Shown here one piece after another: positions 34,368 to 45,039 of a DNA stretch of 64,000 bases. Position 1 is the stretch's first letter; every line of letters starts with the position of its first letter. The notes below the pieces were generated by a model. That model ran no database searches, had not been told where the DNA came from, and saw only the letters and a list, made by a program, of their open reading frames with translations. The position numbers and the translations under genes were made by a program. Source of the DNA: Scenedesmus sp. PABB004 (Eukaryota); the NCBI GenBank assembly GCA_014905635.1, contig CM026548.1, forward strand, positions 372,001 through 436,000, read 5' to 3'.

Positions 34368-37300
34368 ATGCGCGGCACCGCGCCGGCCATCGCAGCCGTC
34401 GCGTATCTGCTGCTCCTCTCGGCCGCGCCGGCGGTCGCGGGCGCGGCCTGCGATGCCGGGTGCCGATCTGAGCAGCGTGATGCGCTGCTGGCGCTCTATG
34501 ACGCCACGGGCGGGCCGTGGTGGGCGCGGCAGGCGGGCTGGGCGCCCCCCGGGCCCGACCACTGCGCCTGGGAGGGCGTGGCCTGCTGCAACGCCTCCGG
34601 CACGGCCTGCCCGCTGCCTGGCGGCGTGGCGGCGCTCGCGCTGGCGGCGAACAACCTGACCGGCGCGTGGCCGGCGGCGCAGCTCGGCCGCCTCCGCGCC
34701 GGCCTCGCGGCGGTGGAGCTGGGCGGCAACCGCCTCGCCGGGCGCTGGGACTCGCGGCTGGGGTCGCTCACCCGCCTGCGCGCGCTGGGCGCGGAGGGCA
34801 ACGCGCTGTCGGGGCCGCTGCCGCCCGAGCTCGGCGCGCTGTCGGAGCTGGCGGCCCTGCGCGGCGGCGGCAACCGCTTCGCCGGCCCGCTGCCCGCGGC
34901 CCTGGGCGGCCTGAGAGCGCTGCGCGTGCTCGCGCTGGACGGCAACGCCCTCACCGGGGGCGTGCCGCCGGCGCTGTGGGCGCTGCCGGCGCTGAGCAGC
35001 GTGGCGCTGCAGGGCAACCGCCTCTCCGGCGAGCTCGCGCCGCCGCCCGGGGCGGCCGGCGGGCCGGCGGCGGCGGTGCGGACGCGCTGGGCGCGCTGGC
35101 AGGTGCGCGCGCGGGGTTGCTGGCGCGGCGCGGGGCGGCCGCCGCAGCGGCGGCAGCGGCGGCGCCGCGCGCGCGCCGCCAGCATCACCGCGCCGCGCCC
35201 GGCCGACGCGCGGCGCCCCGCAGAGCCGGCGCCGGCGATGGAGGAGGTGCTGCTGGCCCGCAACCGCCTCACCGGGAGCCTGCCGGCCTGGCTGGCCGCG
35301 CTGCCGGTGCGGACGCTGGACGCGAGCAGCAACGCGCTCAGCGGCAGCCTGCCGCCCGAGCTCGGCCGCAACACCGCGCTGCGGCAGCTGCTGCTCAGCA
35401 ACAACAGCCTCACCGGCACCCTGGCGGCCGACATGCTCAGGTGGGCGGCAGGCAGGGCGGCAGGCGGAGCTGTGGCGGCGAAGCACGGGCGGCGCGGCGG
35501 CGCCCGCCCGCCGCCGCCCGCCGACCGTCCGCGCCCGCCGCCGCGCCCGCAGCCCCAACCTGCGCGTGCTGGACCTCTCGCGCAACCGGCTGACCGGCTC
35601 GCTGCCGCCGGGGACTGGTGGACTGGCCAGCCTGCGGCTGCTGGACGCACGCGACAACGGCCTGGAGCTGGCGGGCGGGCTGCCGGCGTTCCTGGCGGTT
35701 GACAGGTGCGGCCGCTCGCCGCGCCGCCGCCGCCGGCGCGGCCGCGCAGGCAGCGGCGCCGCCGCGTGCCGGCCGCCGACGCGGCGCCGGCCGCCGCCGC
35801 CGCCCGCTGCGCGTCGCAGCTCGGCGGCCGCGGAGCCGGCAGACCCCGTGGGCGAGCCCGGGCTCATGTGCCACCCGCTCAGCCTGGTCGGCAGCCCTGG
35901 CTCGGCAGTGCTGCTCGACCCCAGCAGCTACGGCGGCGCCGGCTGCTTCTGCGCCGCGCCGTTTGCACCCGCGGGCGGCGGCGGCGGGCCGGCGTGCGCG
36001 CTGCCGGGCGCGGCGCGCGGGCCGCGCCTCGCGGCCATTGTCGCCCCGCTCGCAGTGGCGCTGGGCCTCGCGCTCGCCGCGCTCGCGTGCGTCGTGACGG
36101 CGTGGCGCTGCGGGCTGACGGGGCTGGTGCAGCGCATCACGGTTGAGAGTGAGAAGAAGGCGCCGCCCGGCGGCGCGGCCAAGGACGTGACGCTCGTGCT
36201 CACAGACGTCCAGGCGCGCGGCGCGCGCGGCGCGGGCGGTGGAGGGAGGGGCAGCGACGCTTGCAGCCTCACGCGCCGCCGCCGCCGGGCGCCGCGCGCG
36301 CGCGCAGGGCTCAACCGAGCTGTGGGAGTGGGACTCGGCGCTCGCGAGCGACGCGTTCAAGCTGCACGACCGCATCCTGCGGCACTACATGACCCTCTTC
36401 TTTGGCTACGAGGCGCGTGCGGCGCAGGGGCTCAGACGGGGTTCAGTCGGGGTTCAGGAGGGGCTCAGCGGGGGTTAAGGAGGGGTTCAGCGGCGCTCAA
36501 GGGTTTGGGGATCTCCGGCGACCCGGGGAGGGAGGCTCACGGGGGTGGAGGCAGGGCGTGTGTGCGGCGCGCGGGGCGCCGCCCACGCGCGGCCGCGCGG
36601 TGTGCGCTGCGCAGGTCTCCACCGAGGGCGACGCGTTCCTGGTGGCCTTCCACGAGCCCTTTGACGCTGTCGCGTGGTGCCTCTGCGTCCAGCTCGCGCT
36701 GCACCGTGAGCGGCGGCGGGGGGGAGAGGGCAGGGAGCGTCTGCGCGGCGCCGGAGGCCTGGCGCCGGCGCGGCGCGGCGCGCCGACGGGGGCCGGCCGC
36801 CCCGCCGCGCCGCGCCGCGCCGCGCAGACGCGGACTGGCCGGAGCCGCTGCTGCTGCACAAGACGACGTGCACCGACACGGCGGAGAGCCTGGAGGCCAA
36901 GCGCCGGCACCGCCAGGACCGCTGGCAGAGCCGCATGAGCGGCAACGACGGCGGCGCCGGCAGCCGCCGCATGTCGCGGGCGAGCCAGAGTGCATTCGCC
37001 AGCGGCGGCGGCACGCAGAGCGGCGCCGGGGGCGGCGGCGACGGCGAGCCGCCCGCCGGCGGCTGGGGCGCGGCCGGCGGGGACGCGCTGCCACCGGCGC
37101 CGCTCGTGGCGGCCGACCACGACGGCAGCGTGTTTGGCGGCGACGCCGGCGACGGCAGCAGCGACGGCGACATGGAGGCGCGCATGGCGGCGGCCTACGC
37201 GACAGCGAGCAACAGCAACAACAGCAACCAGGCGCGCGCGCGCGCGCGCGCGCTACGGGTGGTCCCCGGCGCTCGGCGTCGCCGCGCGCTGGCCCACGCG

Positions 37301-38088
37301 CTCGGCCGCACCGCGCGCCGGCCCACATGCTCCGCGCGCCGCGCCCGCGCCGCGCAGGGCGTCGACCGCGCCGTGCTGTTCCGCGGCCTGCGCGTGCGCA
37401 TGTCCATCGCGACCGGCGGCGTCGACAGCGTGCGCCTGCACAGCATCACGCAGCGCGCGGAGTACGTCGGCGAGGTGCTGCGCAAGGTGCAGGCCGTCGG
37501 CGAGACGCCGCAGGGCGGCCAGGTGCGCGGCGCTGCGGGGGGAGGCCGGCGCCGGGCCGGCGGCGCGGCGCGCCGCGGCCTCAGCCGTCCGGCCCCGGGA
37601 GGGCTGCTGATTCAAGTTTGAATGAACAAGTCGAACCGCGCGGCGCCCCGCCAGGTCGTCATGGACAGTGACACCTTTCGCGGCATCAACGCGCGCCTGC
37701 CCGAGCTCGGCGGCGTGGTGCTGGAGGCGACGCAGAAGCTGCTGCGCCGCCTCGGCGGCGCCGCGGCGGCCGACCTCGCGGCGATGCTCGGCCAGCCGCT
37801 CCCGGCCGAGGCGCCCCCTGTGACCAACGAGGGTGCGGCGCGCGCCGCTGCTGCTGCGCGGCGGCGGCGGCGGGGCCGGGCGACGGGCGCGCCGCGCCAT
37901 GCCACGCCGCGCTGAGGCGCCTGCGCTGCCTGCGTGCGCCGCAGCCTGGCTGCGGCGCAGCCTGCAGCTCGACCGCCAGAGCTTCCTGGGCCAGCAAGAG
38001 CAGCAGCGGCCGGCGCAGCAGCAGCCGGTGCAGCAGCAGCATCAGCAGCAGCAGGCGCAGGCACTGCCTGTGCAGCCGCTGGCGTCGC

Positions 38089-38152
<64 letters not shown>

Positions 38153-41100
38153 GCGCCAGCCCCGCCAGCCCCGCCAGCCCCGCCAGCCCCGCCAGCCCGG
38201 CAGCAGCGGCGGCGGCGCCGTCGGCGTCAACCCGGACGCGCTCACAGCAGCAATGACCGCGCACGGCCTGGTGCGGTGGGACGGCACCGTCGCGGGCGGG
38301 CGCAGCGCAGGGGGCAACGTCCCCGCCGGCGGCGGCGCCGCCGCGGGGAGCGCCGAGCCGGGCGGCGGCGCCGCGGCGCCGGACGAGGGCGCCGCAGGCA
38401 GCAGCCTGCTCAACCCCTACGGCGGCGGCGACATCGAGCAGGGGCGCCGCTCGCTGGGGCCCTCGCCCGCGCCGCCGCCGCCGCCGCCTCCGCCAGCGAC
38501 GGCTTCGCTGCAGCGGCGCAGGTGGGCCGCGTGGCGCGCCCCCGCGCTGCGCCGCTGCGTTGCGCGCCTGCGCGCGCGTCGCGGTGCCGCCGTTCGCGCA
38601 CCGGCGGGCCAGCTCACGCCGCCGCCCGTCCCCGCGCTGCACAGCCTGCTGGGCAAGGCCGTGGAGGTGCTCGGCCTGCGCCGGCCGGCCGGCGACGACA
38701 GCGTGAGCGCCAGCCACGACAGCGTCACCGCCGACCCCGACGCCGGCGACGCCCCGGGCGCAGGCGACGGCAGCACCGCGGCGCTCGCGGCCTTTGCCCG
38801 GTCCGGCGGCGCGCCGCTGCTGCCCTGGCCGCCGCTGCCGCGCCGCCCGGCGGCGGCGCGGCGCGGCGCCGCGCGCCGCCCCGGCGGCGTCGCCAGCTCG
38901 GCGCGGCGGCGCAGCAGCCTGTCGTACGGCGCGATGGTCATTGACATGGGCGTGCACCAGCTGACCGGCCTGCCGCAGAAGGTCAACCTCGTGCAGGTGC
39001 GCCAGCGCCGCGCCAGCGCCGCCCGGCGCCAGCGCTGCGCGGCGGCGCCGGCAGGGCGTGGCGGCCGGGCTTGCCGCGCGACCGCCGCCGCGCCGCCGCC
39101 GCCGTGCCGCGCGCGCGCCGCGCGCCGCGCGCGCGCAGGTGATGCCGTGCGGGCTGGAGGACCGCGCGCGCTTCTTCGCGCGCCTCGACTCGCTCCGCCA
39201 GGAGACGCCCGGCTACTTTGACGCGCCCGCGGCCGGCCTCGTCCCGCTCGCGCCCGGCGGCGGCGGCGCGGGCCCGCCCGGCGGCATGCCCGGCGTGTCG
39301 ATCGTGTTTTGCACCATCGACAAGTGCGCCGCGTCGCGCGCCGCGCCGGCGCGGCCCCCGCGCCCAGCTGCCAGCTGCTGCGGCACACAGCTGCGGCGCG
39401 GCCGCGCCGACCCGCCGCTGGCCCGCCGCCGACCCGCCGCCGCGCCCGTGCACTCCAGGTACCCGGAGCTGCTCGAGGCCAACCGCCCCGCCGCGGAGCT
39501 CGCGCTCGAGCTGTACAGCGACGCGGTGCGCTGGCTGCTGCTCGTGGGCGGCGGCTACGAGTGCCAGGAGGCGGAGGGGACGTTCATGGTCGCGTTCTCC
39601 TCGCCAGACGTGGGCATCGAGTGGTGCCTCATGGTGCAGCAGGTGCTGCGAGACATGTCCTGGCCGCCGAGGTGACGGCGCGCGCGCCGCGACGCCGGCG
39701 GCGGCGCTGGTGGGAGCGCGCGCCGGGAGCGCGCGCCGCACGCACGCTCACGCCGCGCCCCGCCCCGCGCTCGTGCCGCGCTCGTGCCGCACCCGGCCCG
39801 CGCAGCGTGCTGGAGCTGCCGACGTGCGAGGAGGAGCGGGACATGCACGGCGCGGTGATGTTCCGGGGGCCGCGCGTGAAGATGGGCGTGTATGCGGGCA
39901 CGCCCACGCGCGTCGTGCCGCACACCACCACCGGCCGCGCCGACTACTTCGGCCCGCTGGTGCGCCGCGCGCGGCGCAGCTCGCCGCGGCCGCGGCCGCC
40001 GCCCCGCCCGCGCGCGCGCGGCGGCCGCCGCCGCCGCCGCCGCCCTGACAAGGCCGCGCCCGCCCCGCACACCCGCGCGCGCGCGCAGGTCAACCGCGCG
40101 GCGCGCTACTGCCACGCCGCGGCGCGCGGCGGGCAGGTGCTCGTGCCCAAGGAGCTCATGTGCGAGGTGATCAGCAAGTGGGTGATGATCGACCCCGTGG
40201 AGCTGGCGCAGAGCGACCGCCTGCTCGAGCTTGCCGCCTTCTTTGACGAGGAGCGCCGCCTCTGGCCGTGGATGTTCAAGCGGCGCAGCCACTGGGACGT
40301 GCCGCTGCCGCGGCACCTCTACGCGCCGCCGCCGCCGCCGCCCGCGCCGGCCGACGGCGGCGGCGCTGGCAGCGGCGGGCCGGCCAGCGCGGCGGCGGTG
40401 GCGGCGGCGACGCCGCGCCGCTCGTCGGGGTTGAGGTGGCAGGGCAGCGACGACTCGGCGGCGGCGCCGCCGGACGCGGCGCCCGGGGCCGCCGCCTCGC
40501 GCAGCGGCAGCGGCAGCCTGCGGCGCGCGCTCGCGGGGCTCGGCCTCGCCACCCCGGCGCCCGGCCCTCACAGCAGCGGCACGAGCTCGGCCGCGCCGGC
40601 CGCTGCGGGCGGCGACGGCGAGGCGTGGCCGCCCGGCGAGCCGGGCGGCGAGGGCTCGCACCACCCGAGCCTGCCGGAGCGCGGCTCGGGGCGGCTCGCG
40701 CCGCTGCACGAGACGGCCGAGACGGGCAGCAGCAAGTGCCCGAGCGAGCTGGGGACGACCGAGTCCAACGCCCTGCACCGCGAGGCCGGTGGCGGCCAGG
40801 CCGGTCCGGGCGCCGGCGTGGGCGGCGGTGCCGGCGCCGGCGGGGCGCAGGCGCCGCCGCTGCTCGCGCCGGCGGCGGTGCTGCACGCGTTTGCGACCGC
40901 ACAGGCGCGGCGCCACTCAGACCTCGCGCAGGCCTACAGCCGCATGGGCCCCGCGGCGCTGCACGCGCTGCAGCTGCAGTACGCGGCGGCGATGGCCGGC
41001 GGCGGCGCGCTGCCCGCGGCCGGCGCGCTCGCGGGCCTCGGCGGCGGCGGCGGTGGCCTCGGCCTCGGCGCCGCGCAGCCGCTCGGCGGCGGCACGCCCA

Positions 41101-44100
41101 TCCCAGCGTCGCTCTACTTCCAGCCGCCGCCGATGCTCGCGCGCGCCGGCAGCGGCAGCGGCAGCGGCACGGGCGGGCCGGCGGGCGCCGACGGCGGCGG
41201 GCTCGCGGCCGCGTGGCCGGGGCCGCGCTACCGGCGGCCCAGCTACGTGTCGGACGTCTCGGCGCGCTACCGGCGGTCGAGCAACATCAGCGACAGCGCC
41301 GGCACCGGCGCCGACCTCACGAGCGCCGGCAGCCGCCGCCCCTCGGCGCTCTCGGACTTCTTCCCCGTCGGCGGCAGCCTCAGCGGCGGCGGCGGCGGCA
41401 GCCGGCGGCCGTCCAACCTTTCGCAATACCTCCTGCTGGACGAGGGCCAGCCCGGCTGGCCGGCGCTGGTGCCCGACTCGCCCGGCCTCGCGGCGGGCGG
41501 CGGCGGCGCCGGCGGCGCGCTCGCGGGCGGCGCGCGCGGCGGTGAGGCGGCGCGCGGGCCGGCGGGCCCGCCGCACGCGCCGGCGGCGGCGCTCCAGCTG
41601 CAGCGCCCCGCGTCGGTCGCGAGCGACGCCTCGGCCGGCGCCTGGCACCTGGGGCCGGGTCGGGGCGGCTACGCGGCGCCCCCGCCCCGGGCGGCGACGG
41701 CAGCCGGCGCAGGGGCCAGGCGGCCGCACGGTACGCGGCGGCGCAGCAGGGGCACCCGCGGCCGGGCGACGCGGGCGCGGCGGCGGCCGCGGACGCGGCG
41801 GCCGCAGCGGCTGCCGCCGCGGCCGGCTCCGGCCCGGGCAGCGGCGGGCACCCGTCGTCCACGCTGCAGAGCAGCAGCACCGGCGGCAGCCGCAGCAGCG
41901 CCGGCCGCGGCGGCGCCGGCGGCGCGCCGGCCGCTCCGCCCGCGGCGCAGCTCATGCAGGGCCTGGAGAGCCAGGTCGTGCCCGGCATGCTGCACAGCAG
42001 CAACCGGCTGCGCCTCGTGAGCAAGCGGCGGCGGCAGATGAGCTACTGCTACTTCCAGGAGTCTAGCCAGCCGGGCATCCCCGCCGACGGCGCCGACCCG
42101 CGGCGCCTGCTGCCGCCGGGGTTCTCGCACTCGAGCGCCGGCACGCCCGGCGGCCTGCCGCCGCTGGCGAGCCACTACGCGGGCAGCGACGCCGGCGCGA
42201 GCACGGCCGCGGGGCCGGGCAGCGTGGCGGGCTCGCTCGCGCCGGCCGGCGCCGGGCGCGGGGCGGGCGGGGGGCCGCCCAGCGCAGACAGCGCCGCGCT
42301 GGGCAGCGGCGGCGCCAGCGCCGCCGGCACCAGCGCCGGCGAGTCGGTCGACTCGGGGGTCGCGCTGCAGGCGGGCCTCGCGGCCGCGGCCGGCGCCGGC
42401 GCCGACGGAGCCGCGCTGCCCCTGCCGCCGCCGGCAGTGGCAACCCCGCGGGCAGCGGCGGCGGCGCGGCCGCGCCCGGCGGCGCGGCCGAGCCACAGCT
42501 GAGCCACGGCAGCTGGCAGCCGGGCGGCAGCGCCAGCACCGGCGCCGGCGCCGGCGCCGCCGCGGCGGCAGGCGCGCGCGGCGGCGGCGCGCTGGTGGAC
42601 GACTACTGCGGCCTTCCTGAGATCGACCCGCTGCCTGACGTGGATGTGCTGGAGAGCCTGCGGCTCGCCGTGCCGCAGCCGCGCTGGCACCGCCCGAGCA
42701 ACGTGTCCAGCCTCGCGACCGGCACGGGCGAGAGCGTGGCGGGCTTTGAGGGCGCGAGCATCGGCAACATGTGCGCCGACATCATGCGCGGGCGCTGGCT
42801 GTGGATCGGGGAGCTGCTGGTGCACGACCTCGGCCAGTTCAGGTGCGGTGCACGCGCACGCGCGGCGCGCGCCGCCGGCTGCGCGCCCGGCCGCCTGTGA
42901 CGCGCGGGCGCCGCGGGCCCCCACGCGCGCCCCGCCCCGCCCCGCCCCGCCGCCGCCGCGCGCAGGTTCAAGGGCGTCGCCGGCGTGCACTCGATCGTGA
43001 GCGTTACGAGCGAGGAGCTCGGCGGCCGCACCTTCCCGACCACGATCCGGCGCGGCAAGGGCGAGCAGGTCCGGCTCGGCCGCGGCCTGCTGGCGCTGGT
43101 GCAGATGCTGGCGCGGCCGCGGCCGTCGAGCTGGGGCGGGCCGTACCTGGGGCAGCAGCTGCTGCAGAGCCCCGCGCCCACGCCGGGGCCGGAGGGCGTG
43201 TCGTTCCTGCCGCAGCCGCTGCCCGGCAGCGCGGTGTGCGCGGCGTGCGGCAGCGGCGGCTCGGGCCCGGCCAGCGACGAGCTCGCGCAGCCGGCGGGCG
43301 ACGCCGGCGCCGGCCTCGCCGACCCGCGGCAGCAGGCCGCGCTGCTGCACGGCGCGGCGCCGCTCGCGGGCTGGCCGGCGGCGCGGCGGGGCCGCCGCAC
43401 GGCGGCGCCTGGCCCGCCGGCGCGCGCTGGCAGTCGCGGCCGGCGTCGGTGGAGCAGCAGCGCCACGTCGTGCGCGTCAGCTCGCTCGGCGACCTCGGCG
43501 ACGTGCGCTTGGGCGCGCTGCCCGAGCTCGCCGCGCTGCTGCCGGCGCACGGCGGGCTGCACGGCCTCACGCACCACAGGTCCGCGCCGGAGGCTGACGT
43601 CGCCCACGCGGCGGCGGCCGCGGGCGGCGCGCGCGGGTCGCTGCTGCTGCCGCCCCACCTCACCTGGCAGCAGCAGCTCGCGGCGGGCACGTGGGCGGCG
43701 CAGCAGGCGGCGCAGGCGCAGCGCCGCCGCCGCCGGCACAGCGTGTGCGTGGGCAGCGTGAGCCACCGCCTGTGGTCGCGGCCGTACGGCGTGATGGACG
43801 AGCTTCAGCCTTTTGAGGAGAGCGATGAGTGGCTCTTCCAGGCCGCGCAGGCCTCGCAGCGCGCCGAAAGCTCGCGCGCGTCGTCCGCGCTCGACCACGC
43901 GCAGCCCTGCGCCGGCGCGGGCGCGGGCGGCGCGCCCGCCGCCGCGCCCGCGGCGCGGGCGGCGCCACGGTCGCCGCTGGCGGGCGCGGCGGCGCCCAGC
44001 GGCAGCGCCGGCGACGCGGCGGGCGGCGGCGCGGCGGACGACGTGGCGCGCGCCCCCGACCTGGAAGGCTCGGAGGCCTGCTCGGAGCCTGCCGCTCACG

Positions 44101-44174
44101 CCGGCGGCAGCTGCAGCAGCGCCGGGGGCGGCAGCGGCAAGGGCCGGGCGCTGAGCGACAGCGCTGCGGCGTGA
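34368..44174 (+). CDS. LRR receptor-type protein with two class III nucleotide cyclase domains; three apparent frameshifts in the 3' part
   Basis: Signal peptide, LRRNT (ALLALYDATGG..W..HCAWEGVAC) and plant-type LRRs (NxLSGxLPxELG). TM at ~36030-36105. Cyclase 1: VTLVLTDVQGSTELWE..VSTEGDAFLVAF..FRGLRVRM. Cyclase 2: GYECQEAEGTFMVAF..FRGPRVKMG..DYFGPLVNRAAR..GGQVL..DLGQFRFKG. Confidence 0.88.
38091..38196 (+). repeat. (CAG)20 polyglutamine tract followed by about five 9-bp PRQ repeats, inside the cyclase gene
   Basis: Visible directly in the sequence. Confidence 0.95.
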
Positions 44175-44219
44175 CGACGCGTCGCCGGGGGGTCGCCCGG
44201 ACCGGGGTGGCGCGGCGTT

Positions 44220-44220
<1 letters not shown>

Positions 44221-44306
<86 letters not shown>
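44221..44306. repeat. (GT)43 microsatellite
   Basis: Perfect dinucleotide run starting 46 nt after the cyclase gene stop. Confidence 0.98.
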
Positions 44307-44309
<3 letters not shown>

Positions 44310-45039
44310 CGTGTGGGCTCCTGGCCCGCCTGGCCCTCGGCTGCCGCGACGACCTTGGCCCCGGGGGCGCGTGATTGGGTGCGCGCCCTCGCGGCCGCAG
44401 GCGGTCGGTTTTCAGTGAAGCTGTGCGGCGAATTGTTCCGTTTCGTGAGAACTGCGTTCGGTGGTTGGCGTTTTGATTTGGCCGGGGGCTCGCGCGGCGC
44501 GCGCGCGGCGTCGCGCCCCGCCGCACTGCCTCGCTAATGCTTGGTCGGAGACGCAAGCACGTCGCGTGGGGCGGATTACCGGTGCACACACACACGCTTT
44601 TCTACACCTGTTTCTTCGTGCAGGACGCTGGAGATTGGATTGGGGCTCTCGCAGCGCGCGCGCGTGGCGGCGCCGGCAGGCGCCCGCGTTGCCTCCACGC
44701 TTTGCGACGCGCGGTCGCGGGCTTTTCGACCGCTTTGGAGGGCAACGTGCACGCCCGCATGCACTGGCGCGCGCGTGCAGCGCCAGTAAAAGCAGGCACC
44801 CGTGCGCGGCGCGCGCCGCAGCGCGGCAGCCGACCAATCGCGCCGGCCGTCGCGCAGCGCGGCCGCCAGGGCTTACGCCGCCGCCCACGCCCTGTGCCGC
44901 CGAGGAGAGACCGCTCGTCGCAGAGAGCTCCCCGCCGACCTGCAGCGCCGAACCCGCCGCTGCTCGCGCGCGCAGCGCCGCCGGGCATGCGCGCCGCCAC
45001 GGCGCGCAGCTGAGTCGCCGGGCTCGGGCACAGCTGACC

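Noticed and set aside
42500..42502. In-frame TGA as possible selenocysteine or readthrough in the cyclase gene
   Set aside because: Coding-like sequence has already moved to another frame about 80 nt upstream; a frameshift explains it better.
41679..43380. Programmed -1 ribosomal frameshifting
   Set aside because: No convincing X XXY YYZ slippery heptamers; the shifts sit in C/G runs, and similar ones occur in unrelated genes.
44350..45039. Relatively AT-rich intergenic stretch as a possible ncRNA gene
   Set aside because: No recognisable tRNA, snRNA or rRNA motif; consistent with a 3' UTR plus the CFAP58 promoter (scattered CCAAT/ATTGG).
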